A DNA stretch of 63,539 nt, filler included, from Reticulomyxa filosa (taxonomy: Eukaryota > Protista > Foraminifera): the NCBI GenBank assembly GCA_000512085.1. It is 14 parts of 14 records of this genome, joined end to end, with 100 filler letters (N's around TTAATTAATTAA, not from the genome) between each part and the next. Parts side by side here need not be neighbours in the genome. Positions count along the whole stretch, not along the records: positions 1 to 14,222 come from ASPP01022091.1; 13 more parts are not named here. One strand, 5' to 3'. The position numbers and the translations under genes are program-made. A model generated the notes under the pieces. The model made no database searches. It worked only from the letters and a program-made list of their open reading frames with translations, and was not told where the DNA came from. Numbering within the stretch: position 1 is the first letter of the stretch; each line of letters begins with the position of its first letter. This document shows positions 1-13,346 of the stretch, one piece after another.

Positions 1-1098
1 ACAAAACACACAATATGTAACTATAATATCAAAAACTCTTCACCTAACAACAAAATAAAATAACCAGAAATAAGATTTGATGCGCACCCCAGCTTCTTGG
101 ATAAAAAAAAATTAATATCCCCTTCATTATCATTGGCTAACTAAAAAAGCCAACAGTGGCAAATGCCGAAGCGAAAGTTAGTGGCAAAAATGTCAAAATA
201 CATCCTTCAATCGCAGCTCGTCATCCCATTAACAAATGTTTTCGAGTGCTATAGTTTTGTTTAATTTTGTAAGTTGATAACTGATAATGTTGAATTTTTT
301 TCGAGTTTTGTCTTTGCAAGTCTTTCATCACGACGTTATTGTGACTAAAATCGTTGAAAATCTTTAAATGATAGTTTGTTATTTATTATTGATAAATTCC
401 TTTGCTTCCTGACCAACATTTCGTTGGAATTCTATAAATTTCACAATTTCATAACTAAAACTCAAAATTCAAATAATCCAATTTTTTCCAATATCAAAAA
501 AATTTTACAAACAAAAAAGGAATATACATTGAAATGTTAATTTCAATCGTGCTTTTGTGTGCTCAACTACTTATATAAATATTATTTTAAAATTTCAAAA
601 ATGTTGCTTTTTCATCAGCAAACTTGCAAATCTTTGTAGGATTGCTTTTATGTGATAGCTGCATATTTACATATTTATGCACATATAAGTGAACCAGACA
701 AAAATATTTTACGATTTGCTTCATGAAATAATTATCCTTGGAAAGCGTACCGTAGTATCGTGTACTCAAAAGATATTTCGATTATTTTAAGCTGTTCTTG
801 ATTGTACTATCAAAATTAGCAGATTTGTAGTATCTGATTTTTAGTAAATTAACAAGAAAATTTGTTTGTATTGGATTCATGAAAAGTACAAATTTGGAAT
901 TTTTTCAAAAAGGAGTTACAGTTTTTAGTCAGATGGCATTGCTTTCGTGCTGATGAAGTGATTTGTTGTTAGTTCAATCAATTACATTTCTTTTTTGAAG
1001 CCTTGTTTTTTTTCAGAGTGTTGACCCGAGAAAAATCAATGTCACAAGGTTACAAAAATAAACCAAAAAAAGGAAAGTTGACTCTCGAAGCAAAGATC

Positions 1099-2503
1099 CT
1101 AAAGCAACACAATACCCACGTCAGAGGGACGCATTTCAGCGACTTTCCAATTGTACAAATAGTACTGCAAATGGCCATCACCAATTCCAAATTTTAGAGT
1201 TTTAAGAAATTTCTCGTTTTCCATGACATCCAATGCATTGAACACGTCAAATCCTTGATTATAAGCAAGTACCAAGGCATCATTCATAAGCTGGATTAAA
1301 TCAGTCTTGGTAGCGACATTGTAATAACTGTAAGCAGCGAACAATTCCTTGTGTGTTGGATGGTTGATAACGAAAGAGGGTAAATGATAATAGCTGATAA
1401 AATCAGTGATTACACCTTTTTTGTTGGGATCTTCAACGACATAAGCGCTAACCACGCCCTTTTTTGGTAGCATCATGTGTTTGAATTCGTCCAAAGAAAA
1501 ATCAACAAATAACTGAAATTTACTAAGATACGTCATCAGCAATTTCCATGCTTGTTCGCAATCCTCTTCTTTCATTTCCCGTAGCCCCGGTGTGACTGTT
1601 GTTTCGTTTACTCGACACAATTTTTTCAAACGAGGCATTGTCATGCGTCGACGCAAGGCAGAAAATCGTACGTCAATGAGTTTCTCCGGATTCAAAGAGC
1701 GATGCCAATAGCGGTTTTGAGCGACTGGTTTGGGGATGACGACGCCGGCAGTATAAACAGCTTGCCATATGTCACGACAGTTGACGCGTCGTGTGATCTC
1801 TCGAATCAATACTGGTGCCAATCGTTTCTTGCGTAATTGCTTGTGAACGCATAAGAAGTTGATTTCGACCATTTTCACTTCCTTCTTTTTCACATTGACC
1901 AGTGCCGGAACGGCCGTAATGCAAGCGCACAGCTTTTGCGATTGTACCACTCTCACACCTAAATGCCATTCTTGTAGGTATCCTGGCACCAAAAGGGCCC
2001 ATTTTAAAAACTCACGAGAATAATTGAAGCGGAACATCGAATCGTCGTCTTCGACATAGTGGTCGGCCAAAAGTGAATACAGTTCGTTCAATTGTTTCAT
2101 CTCGTAAATCCATGTCGAACCACTCAAAATCCTTCGGTAACAGCAATGGCTTTTTTCGCACATCGTCCAATGTCTTCACTTCCACTGGGTCATTTACATC
2201 ATTTCCCACTTCTTGTTTCAGAGAAGGTACTGGCTCTTTGTCCCAAAATGCATGCGGTTCGTTTATGTCGACTTCCCATCGTCTCTTTCCTCGGATACCC
2301 CCTTGCTTCAATATTTCTTCCATGTTTGCTTGAGTCTTTTCCGTTTCTTCTGCATTAGATTGACTCTGATTCTGTTCGGCAGTTTGTGTTGCTTGCTTTT
2401 GTTCATTTACACTTTCTGGTTTGTCCTGCGCTGTATCACTCAAATCTTTCTTCAGTTTCTGGTCTTTTGCACCACCTTTCTTTTTGCCCTGTTTTCGTGA
2501 CAT
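1099..2503 (-). CDS. NMT1: Glycylpeptide N-tetradecanoyltransferase (N-myristoyltransferase), intronless, one frameshift at ~2095-2097
   Basis: ORF 2012-2503 gives the N-terminus ([10 protein letters not shown]...[11 protein letters not shown]). ORF 1099-2163 gives [42 protein letters not shown] and the C-terminal GIVLL. The frames join at GAT GAA A CAA TTG. Confidence 0.96.
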
Positions 2504-3169
2504 GGTCTCAATTGCACAAATGTCAAGAAAAAATATGCAAAAATATCAGAACAAAAGTATATTATGCCCTTAGAAAATGGTAATCTAGTAAAAAAAGAAA
2601 AGGAACTTTTTTTAGCCAACACTCAAGCACTTTGTCTAAAAGACATATCTGATATTAAAAGATTACAATTCTGAAAGTAAATTATTGCAAAAATGATGTA
2701 TCGTTTACAAACAAAACAACAAAGAAATTAAATTGGAGTTTAAAATAGGTATAGGACTTGATTTGACGAAATTATTGACTTTTTTTTGATGTGATAATAG
2801 GCAAACTGAATGTTTCTTCAATTTTTTTAAAAATAGCAGAAGAAGAGAATACGTTAACATCTGAAAAATGGCGGATTAAATTATGTTAATGTTCAACAGC
2901 ACAAGAAAAGAATTTGAATAGAATACTGACATTTCTATTCGATATTGAAAGAAGTTTAGATTGGCACGAGAGCAATGCACTAAAAATTGGAATTGTGGGA
3001 AAACGCTGCTTTTCCAACTCAAAAACCCGAACACAATCTCCAATTACATTGTTTAACCAACCAAAAAAAAAAAAAAATAAGCAAAGAAACAAACTTCAAC
3101 ATTTTGCAAAAAAACTCCATGTTTCGGTTTTACTTTTGTTCTCAAAAATTAGGCTTTAAAAAAAAAGAG

Positions 3170-5888
3170 TTAGCTCTTGTCTTTTGCTTCATCTTTGTTT
3201 GAAGACGCATTAATATCCAGCATATTGTTAGCATTGTCAGTGGTGGTAGCAGTTTCTAATTTGTGTGCAAGAGTTTCCAGTTGCTGATCTTTGTCAAACG
3301 CCTTCGGGAAATAACACAATAACAAGTCATTAGTTCCAAATCGGTGTTGTGCCAATTGCGAAGGATGTAGATTTTCTAAATTGCACGAAATGACATTGAG
3401 CCCACTTTGTGCGACTTGCGGAGTGGTGAGCAACGTGCGACCCAATAACTGCGGTGGAGGCGGAACCAAATCCAGATAATAAGCAGCCAACTCTCTCGAA
3501 AATTGTTTCAAACGCGTGGACTCGTTGGGAATGATGGGATGATTATCCTTGGCCCCAATGTTAGTTAAATACTTTTGCGCATCGTCATAGTTGCCAAAGA
3601 CGATCAACTTGTGTCCTGGTTCGATTACTTGTTGAGCGTGAGGAGGACTGTTGGTATCGTAGTCAATGCTTATTACATTCAATCCGTAATTTCTCAAATT
3701 GCTACCCGCCAATGTCATTCCAGCAAGAGACTCGGGAGCTGGGATCAAAAACAAATGACGCTCTACAAATTGTTGAATCTGTGTTTAGTTTGTTATTGTG
3801 AGTTGTCATTGCGCCAATTTCAAAGAGAAGAAAATTACAACAAAGTTATTCGTTAACTTTTTTGTGTTGATCTTCCGTTTCATTGTTCTCCTTGCAATAC
3901 TTATCCGAATTTTCGCTTTTTACCGCATTGCCATTTTCATCGCAGCCTTCTTTTGTGACTGTTCTGGGAGAGGAGTGATCAACAGGTTTGGAATTGATGA
4001 CGCCATTCTGGCCCACGTTACTCGCAGTCAAGACAGATTCGGATGGCATCTTCGTTGGATTGTCTTTCATCTCTTTGTTCGCGTTTAATGCCGTCTGTGT
4101 ATTTGTTTGTTTGTCCCTTTTTTATGATAGGAAGAGGATAAAGGAAAGTGCTTACACATTGCAATTGTTGTTTATTTAACGGCGGCTTCAGACAATCGCA
4201 TCCTTTTGGCAGAATGGCTTTCGGCGTCGACAAGGAAGCTCGTCGATCCTGGAAATTGGACTTGGGTCGAACCAAAGTCCTTCATTTCTGTTAAGTTGCG
4301 CTTGTGACAGTGTCCAACGTTGGATCTGTGGATCGCATCGTTGTTGGTCAACGAATAGCAAGAGCGGACATCATTCGAAGGATTGGAATTATGAATCGAC
4401 AGTTGATGCATATTCTCCAACACATTGGCCGCCATTTGCTCGCGCTCATTCAGAATACGATGACCACACATTTTGGAATTGTCGGTGCTGTTCGTCGTTC
4501 TCGAATTGCCATTTTGGAATACTCTGTCCGAGTCTCTTTGCGGGCTCATCAATGGAAAGAGTTGAGGGATCATCGAAGAGAGTAGCAAAGTGGGATCACC
4601 TTCATTGAATCTGGGAGGTTGCGACATTATACTGTTATTGTTGCTCTGCATTATGGAATCCAATTGAGTCAATTTGTTCGTTGCAGATAACTGAACATCT
4701 CCACAGCAAAAGGGTAGCTATTTTTTTTCACAGCCACACACATATTCATGTACAAACACATATGTTTTTTTTCACACACGTGTATACACGGGAGACAACA
4801 ACAATGAGTCATCCAAACTGTAGATTGTCACATATCATAAAAAGAAAAAAAGAGGGGGAAAAAAAGAAGGCGACAGTTAGTCCGACAAAGCAATGACTCT
4901 TTTTGTTTGTTTGTATGTTTTTTTTGACCTAACAATAGGCACAGTGGAGCCATTAGGAACAATCGTGGGGGCAACAAACGTCGGATACGACGATGTGTGT
5001 TGGGGCGTGGTAGCATTAAATTGAAAAGTCGAGAATTGTGCGGCATTGTTTACGGATGGCATAGTAAAGGAGTTGGGATGGATCCATTGCAACTGTGGAA
5101 ACCAATTGACATTGGTATTTGTGTTGGAAACAAACAACTGTGAGGAGTCCATATCTATATCCATGAGTTCTCTTTTGCATCCATTTGCAAACACGTCGCG
5201 GCCAACTGTCTCATTTGCATTCGCATTCGCATTCGCATTCGCGTGATGCTGCGTGTCATTCTCGTTGAATGTGGCGTTTTCGACATTGCGCTGTTGCACT
5301 TTTTGGACATTTACCTTTTTGTTTTTGCGCTCCATCTTGTTTCCCGTGTCTCGTTCTTTGTGATACTTTTGCTGACGATGCCGAGAACAATAACCTTCCG
5401 TATCTCTCACTACTATGTCGCTGCATCCATCCCACTGACATGTATGCATTGCAATGCCTAATCCCTAGTGTTATCCCCGATCATCACATAGCAAAACGAA
5501 CTTGCACCCACAGACACACAAAAATAAATATATATGCAAATGTATACATTGACGTACAATCCAAAAAAAAAAAACTAACGTGTTGAGCAACCGCATTGGA
5601 AAATAATTGCACAGCTTTACACAAATTCGATTTCGCACAATGAATTGCTTCGCTATCTTTCCTCACATGTGGGGTAATGAAGTTGATTATAATTGTTCCG
5701 TCCTTTGCGAGTTTTTTTTTGCGCGCACTGATGCGAACATCGGTCACTTGATTGCTTTTCAATAGTGTTCTCATCCACTCGTCTGTAAAGGCACTTTTTC
5801 GCAACTCTCCCCATTGTTTGAAACTGCACTTCAGCAAATAACGAGTTTTTATCTTTTTTTTGCACACCCCCCACCCCCTCTCTCTCAA
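3170..5888 (-). CDS. Multi-exon protein: CxxxxC...CxxH zinc-finger-like motif, low-complexity linker, NLS-like KRMRL, C-terminal tandem TrkA_C (RCK_C)-like domains
   Basis: Collinear ORFs 5484-5888, 4877-5449, 4172-4672, 3846-4070 and 3170-3754 are separated by GT-AG introns. The last exon has PESLAGMTLAGSNLRNYGLNVISI...IEPGHKLIVFG and a second copy PPQLLGRTL...SGLNVISC...FGTNDLLLCY. The 5' end and some intron phases are uncertain. Confidence 0.6.
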
Positions 5889-6843
5889 ATGTGTTTCTTA
5901 TTAAAAAAAAAAATAGTATACAAACGCATGCATATATTCAAATCGATCTTTTTTTTGTTACACGTGTTTATCTTAACTTCCAATTCTGTCTTTCCTTTGA
6001 TAAGAAAACTACATTGATATTTGTGATTCTATTTTCACATTGTCACATCAAAGCCTTGTTTTTTGTTTGTTTGCTTTTTTCCCTTTCTCAAATGTCTCGT
6101 AAGTTACAAAACTGGAAATATTTTTTTACATTTTTTGTCACCATGTGTACACACTCGTGAGTGCTGTCCAACTATCTTTTATCACAAAACCACTCATCCT
6201 TTGTCACACTCCCAAGTACTTTGCACACCACAAAAAAAAAAAAAAAGATTGAAAGAAATAGAAATGAGAAAAAAACAAGCATAACATTGTGCTTGAGTAC
6301 GAAACGTACGGCAACACCCAACACACTGAATCAGACAATTTTTGTGCTTTCTTGATTTTCACTGCTTTTTTGATTTTCGTTTGTCTTTGTATGACAAGTT
6401 TCAGACATCTTAATTGAGAAAACCACTGAGGATAATGATCAAACAAAAAAAATAGCGCTCGATTATTTTTGAAGCCTGAATACTTGGAAAGTTTGAATTA
6501 TTAGTACATAACAAGCAGTTTTCAACAAAAGGAGACGCCCAAGGGTGCCGTTTCAACACTTTTGATCTTTCATTTTTCATTGGGTTATGACTTTATTTTT
6601 CTGTTTATCAAAATACAGGTACTCTTATTTGTATGTACATATTCTCTGTACAATTGTTTAATTTTTTGCCACATCGGACGAATAACTATGCTGAATTGGG
6701 AAACTGACAAAAACAAAGATCAGTCACTTGTCCAATAAGAAAATATAAAAGTAATGTGAAGAGGTTGAGGAAGCTATTTTCAAAACGTTATCTTACATAT
6801 TAAAAACTTATGAACAAATGTACACAACAAAAAAAAAAAAATT

Positions 6844-7912
6844 TTACAATAGCACGCAGCAATTGCAACATCCACCACAACATCCAGTGTTATATTGCAG
6901 CACAACCTTTTCCTTATTGTTGGATTTTACAGCATCATAATTTTCAAGGATGCACACCCGCCATTTTGGAAACCACGAGTTTTTGTTTAAATACTTGATT
7001 GGCCCTGGGATGTTCGGCATCATGTATTTGTCAAGGTCTTCCACACCTGCCCATGAATGCATTGCATACAACATCAACGGCAAGCTCAAGGCATTCCCAC
7101 CTAAGCCTTGATCCCGAATGATTTGTTGAACAATTTGATCATGTTCTTGCAGAGTGAATTTTCCTTCTTCAAGCAGGCCTGGAGTCTATTTGAATTTTTA
7201 GTCAATGTATTTAAAAAAAATTATTGTTAAACCCAAGTGCAATTCACTTAACAAAGCGCTCTTCTTCACTCAAATGATCTTCCAAATCTCGCAAAAACTC
7301 GTCAAAGTTGCGCACAAGCTCGTCGATAAACGCCTGATTAGTGTCGATTGATTCCAATGCTCCCCAGTTGTTCACTCGCGCATACTTGTGCAAATTTTCG
7401 GTCATCTTGGTGCCCATTTCAATGATCTGCCTGTGGTCCTTTGTAAACCGCTCTGTGCAATTTCCATTTCAATGTATTCCTTTACTATTCAATCTCTTCC
7501 CCTTTTCCAACAAACATGCAAATGTACCTGGAAGCTTCTCTACCCTTTTTTTCAAGGCAGGGAAATAGATTTCCTCCTCGCTGTGGTGATGATGGTGCAA
7601 CACTGGCCAGTACCATTCGTCCCACATCTTGGCTAATACTACGAGTTTCCACGGGGTTTTTGACAAGTCATCGGCATGCAATATTTCTCTGAGTATTTGG
7701 TGCATCAAGCGTAATCCCTCATGCGGTATCAAAATGGCACTGTCTTTCCATTTGTTGAGCAAGTCACCTGGACTGTATGTAGTAATTATAGTGCTAGTTG
7801 GTCCTTGGTATTTTGGAAATCCTGTCAAGTTTATCTCAACAGTTTTTTGTGGTGTCTCTTTGTTTTCTTCCGCTTTTACTTCTACTTCTGCTCCTTTATT
7901 GTCGTCAGACAT
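6844..7912 (-). CDS. Hemerythrin-like (HHE) domain protein with C-terminal Cys cluster and CaaX box; 3 exons (7912-7528, 7452-7253, 7185-6844)
   Basis: The spliced translation is in frame and contains H...HHHSEEEIYFPAL...DHRQI...DHLSEEERF (H/HxxxE/H/HxxxE). It ends GCCGGCCNCCVLL*. Confidence 0.85.
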
Positions 7913-8168
7913 TCTCTTAAATCAAGTTTACTTAAAAAAGAAACGTGCAAGCTAGCTTTTTTTATTTTGCCAAGAGTAAGGAAAAAACAACAATGTGAAG
8001 GGATGCACGAAAATGTGGTTCTCGATTTCATCAGCAACATTGTTAATGAGAAAATTCAAAAATAAAAGTAATATATATTACTCGAAATTTTTGTGTTGCT
8101 CTTTCTTAAAAAATTTGTTTGGATTGTAATCTCAGTTTATATTTGTGGATTGCTTTAAACAAAAAGGC

Positions 8169-11100
8169 TTAGACCTCATCCTTTCCACTCACAGCACGAC
8201 TTCGATTTGAGGCTTTTGTCTTGAAACTGGGATTTGGACTCATCCAATTTGTTGATTTGTTTCCGATATGATTACGTGTGCAACAGTTGAACATGGCGGT
8301 AGTCCTTCTCCGAAGTGACGGAAACAACAACAAAACAAAGTACAGCGCAACAACGAACGAAAGCAGAGGCAAGAAAAAGAACCACTTTGGAATATCCAAC
8401 TCCCTTAAGTTGGAAGCATAAGGTGCCTGCGAAAGAGAAATCAATACAAAGAAATTGTCATGTAGAGCGAGCAATAGAGAGAGAGAGAGAGATAAGAAAA
8501 AAACAGAGAATGGAACTTGTGAATTTTAGCTTCAATTCCGATGACAGGTCGATCTTCATTTGAAAGTGTTTTGTCGTTGAGCGTATCAGCTACACGCAAT
8601 TGTTCAAATCTGGTGTAGCGTTTGATTGCAGGACATTTGGGCTGTTTCCCTTTTCCTCTGACTTTGGAAATTGCATTGAATTGCTCCTTGATTTTCGTCA
8701 GTCGCATGGGTTTGTGTATTTTGTGATTGTCTATTAAATTGAATGTCGAATTCTCGGTGACTACTGTCAATGCACGGTCAAGGTCTTCGTCAATTTTCCC
8801 AATTGTGGCATATCTTTTTTTTTTTTTAATTCATTCATTTATATTTATATTTATTTCTTCATTCCTTTACATTCATTCATAATGTCAGCTAAACAAAAAT
8901 AGAGAGGGATAAGTGAAACTGCAGCATTTGAAAGAAAATCCAAGTACAATCACTTTTTTTCAAATTGGAATCCAAACAAGTGGAATCTCCATACATTGCA
9001 ATACGACCACTGTTGTCACTGTGTTTAAAAAAAAAAAAAAAAAAGTGAGTCCGAATTAAATGTGCACAAAATCGAAAAGAGTACAAAGAGGACAAAAGAA
9101 CAACGAAACAATCAAACTTTTTAGTGATAAATTTGGTGTCATAAAATCCCAAAATAGGCACCATTCGAGTTTCGTGCTTTTGTTCTGCAGATTGTAAATT
9201 TACGTGCAACTGTTTGCATTTATTGTATTGATTTGCAAAGAGACATGCGCAAGTCTGTGTTGTGTGGACCCTCTTGCTCTCGCTTAACGAGTTTGCCGTT
9301 GGCAGGAAAAGTGCCAATGGCATTGCCAGACTGGAAAAAAATGGATGGTTGATCGGGATGGATTTGGTACTTCCCAAGACCAGCCCAGTTACTCCATTGA
9401 ATACGAAATGGCAGAAGCAAATCATTCAACGCTGGGACATTGGCTCCCCCAGTCAAAGCGTCCCACAAGGACCTGGTGTTGTCATCGAAAAAGCGGATCC
9501 TTTCCGCAATTTTCTCATTGTACCAATCTGCGACTATTACTAGCGATAGTCCGTGTTGTAGAATATCGTCTTCGAGTTTTTCAATTTCTTCTTCGAAGAA
9601 TTCCTTTTGTGACAATTTGATTTATTTAACAAACAAATAAATAAACAAATAAATACACACACACATAAAATCCAAATATTCTATACCTCTTCCGGATCGA
9701 CGATAATGAGAGCCGCATAATGAGTAGCATTGACGCAGGTGTAATCGGTCCCCAAAACCTCAACAAAATAGCCCTTGTCTTTCAAAGCGTCATACAAACC
9801 GTGGTAATTGGTGTGCAAATGGTCGCCTGTCCAATCCAACATATCTTTGTCTATATCCAAGTCGTCTCTCGGAATGTAGCCCAATGGATATTGCAAATTG
9901 CGAAATTGGTCCCACAGCATACGCTTGTTTCGAGGAGGGGTTGGGATTATACTCAATGTCACTGGGATGTGGACTTGATGTTTTACCCATTCATTGGTCT
10001 CTGTGTTGTCTTTAAAGTTGTATACATATACATTATGTGTATTTATTGTATTTATTATATTCATATGTGTATGTGTGTATGTGTCCATTATATACAAGAA
10101 AACGTATTACTGTTTGCGTATTGAATAACATAAACATCCATCGAAATGCGAATTGTCAGACGATCGACTCGTAATGTGTGTGCAGAAGACTTGGCAGTAA
10201 TGAAAAAAGCCATCCAACCACACCACGGCCACAAAACAGGCGAGTATTGGAATTTGCACATCCAACAAGTCTTGAGAAAGAGACGAGTTCTGATCGCTGT
10301 CGATAATGGCAAAGGTCGGCGGATATCGCATTTCCCCTTGGACACTGAATGGATTCAGCACTGTGAAATTGAAAATGTAAGGCTGTGACGTGTAATACAA
10401 TGGCTGTCTACAAAACGGCCAAAATTGGGGACATTGTGTCAAGTCCAATGCATCGGGAATGACGGATATGTGAGGTTGGTATTGTCGTATTTGGTCATAC
10501 GCACGAAGCAAGTTGATTTTCCCCGACCCTTGTTCGAATATTCGCAAGTGTGGAATACGATCACTTGATCCACAAGGATTTGTCTCAACGATGCAGGGTT
10601 TATTACTTTCCATCGTTTCTCTATTGGAACTACGGAGGACAATAGTGCTGCGACCCCTATTTTTTTTTTTTTTTTAAAAAAAAAGGGTTTTATTGCAAAT
10701 TTTCATATGTGTCGACTTTTCAATCGCAAAAGTTTGATTCGCAATTGCCGATGAAGTGACGTGTTTACCTCAGCTATTTTTCTTCACACCTGTGACCACT
10801 GGCGAAGCAACAGAGGTGCCGGACAACACACGACAGTCGCCGTTGATGGCGAGCCCATACAAATTGCGACCCACGGTGACGACATCGGGTTTGACACGGC
10901 CATATCCTGTCAATAAGGAAGACGAACACACGTGTAAGCACAATGTGACAACGAGACTCACAAAACAAAGGACATACCGTGAGGAAGTTCCCACGTGGTC
11001 ATTCCACGTGATTGAAAGCTCGCAATTTGGTCATCTCTGGTAATGCCCCCAACGCCAATCACTTCCATTTGATCCGCCGGATTGTTGATCGTTCCATACT

Positions 11101-12542
11101 TCCCGTCATTGCCGCACGCCGTCACCATTATCACCTGATTGGCTTGCATTTCGCGAACCTACCCTTTGTTCATTCAGTGGTATTTCATTTGTAATGTGTG
11201 CGTGTTATGTAATGTGTGCGTGTTATGTTATGTGTGTGTATGTTTTTTTTTTTTTCCCCCCCCATTCACACAATTGTTTGCTTTTGGATTGATCCTTTTT
11301 TTTTTTTTTTTCCAAAACAAACAAAGAAAAATAGACATAAAACCAAATACCTTATCGACAAAGGGGATCAAGCCAGTCCGGTCCTCCAATGCTCAAATTC
11401 AACAAATTCATTTTTCGGAAAATGGCATAATTAAATGCGTCCAAAAACCACGATGTGTATGACATCTATATTGCATTATGCACACTTTCATTTGCTCCTT
11501 TTTATGTTTGTATTGTAATTATGTTGTGTTTGCTCGTGTCCAAACTTGCTCATTAGTAAACACACGAAAGGTATGTATGATGGCGTCAGGTGCAAATCCC
11601 GGACATTTCTTTGACGTGGATGCAACAATGCCAGCTACAAAAGTCCCATGACCAAGTCCGTCATGCAATTGGTTTTCACTTGTCCAATTCGTACGCTCGT
11701 CAATGTTCTTGAAATGCTTATGGCTTTTGTCAATCCCTGTGTCAAATATCGCGACATGTACTTCTTGTCCACTGTATCCATCATTCCACAGCTTCTGTGC
11801 TTCCAAATGCTCCGGCATTACCGTTGCATCCACGCTATTCAAATGTCGCCGACTTGTTTGTCTTTCTGTGTCTACCTTTTCATTTTCTATTTCGTCTGAG
11901 AATTTTCCACGCAAACGGCCACCTTTTTTTTTTTTAACCATGTTTGCAATTGCCATTGGGTTGTACTTATCTCTTTCGCAAAAACGTGTCGACTTACGCG
12001 TTACATCAACAAAACATACAACTTTGTTTTACCTGTGTGCGAAATCGTATCTTCATGTTGCAATTTGCGCAATGAAAATTGTTTGTCTGGATAAATGTAT
12101 TTTATATCTTTCACGTTGTCACGCAAAGTTTGCTGCATTGTTTTTATTTCAAGTTCAAAAAAATTTAGCAAGTTTCTATTGGTTACTCTCTCTCTTCACT
12201 CACCAGAATTTTATCGGCTTCTGCGTTGTCGATAGACAGTACTACAAAGTCAGTGGGAAACTCAACCACGGACGGATTGTGCCGTGACAACATTGACCAC
12301 GGCCTTTTGTGAATATGTTTGCTAACACTTGTGTGGCCTGATAACAGTTCCCTGAGCTGTTGCTCGCGCTTATCAAGCATTTCATACGAATGAAAGGCAA
12401 CAATATAGCGCAAATCATACTCATCAAGTTCACATGAAGCTGCATCTTCCTCCACAAATGAATGACGATATATTTGTTTATCACGAATAAAATCGGTATC
12501 ATTCATTTTATTATTTTTTAAAAAATGGACACATTTTTCCAC
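8169..12542 (-). CDS. MBTPS1: Site-1 protease / SKI-1 (S8 subtilase), many introns, at least 3 apparent frameshifts
   Basis: Catalytic motifs [15 protein letters not shown] and [10 protein letters not shown]; [38 protein letters not shown]...[11 protein letters not shown] and [13 protein letters not shown]; RRHL processing-like site; C-terminal TM segment followed by RRR. The start codon is not resolved. Confidence 0.95.
11190..11238 (+). repeat. Intronic 18-bp tandem repeat (GTAATGTGTGCGTGTTAT, ~2.5 copies)
   Basis: Seen directly in a site-1 protease intron. Confidence 0.8.
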
Positions 12543-13346
12543 TTATCAAAAGAGTTACTGAAACACAGAAACAAAACGACCAGTCAAAAACATCGGTTTA
12601 CATGCAGAATATATGCGAAAATGCTAGAAGTTGGAAGATATAGAGTAGAGCGATGCTTAAATAATAAAAAGTAAATTGCAATCAAGAGGAAGGGGGAGTT
12701 TTGTTATGAAACCCTAGAGTCGATTATAACTCATATGGTGTGTTTACACTAGATATGTTGGTAGAATTACCGAGTAATGTAAATTGCGCAATATCAAACT
12801 ATCCATTTGAACCGATATTCCCAGACTCAAGAGAACACCGAATCAAGAAAATCGTTCAACATGTAGTGAAAAGGAAAAAAGGGGGAATGGGGAAAAAGAA
12901 AGAAAGTAAAGGAAAAGAAATAAGGGAGCGAAAACCAAATCAAAAAGAAACAGAAACAGAAAAAGTTGCAGTCGAACGTATTTATGTGGAAAATAAGTAT
13001 TACGATCCTAAACCGTGAAACGATTGAGCATTGCAAACACTTTTCAAGAATACCCAAGGGGACGCAAGACATAAAATCGGGGCATTTAATGAAACTTGGC
13101 AGATACAAAAACATAGCAATAAAGGGAACTAAAGAAATCCAAATGTGCGATGTAATATATGTGTGGATGTTTTATTGTGTAATAGCGGAAGATATTTTAT
13201 ATGTAGTGTCTAACCGTTTGTGTGCGTATTTGCGTGTATGTGTGATGTGTAAATTTTAAAACAAAGATGAAGAAAAAGAAAATTTTTTTTTTTTTTTTGT
13301 TGGAAAAAAAAAAAAACAAAACAAAGAAATTGCACATTTTTAATTA

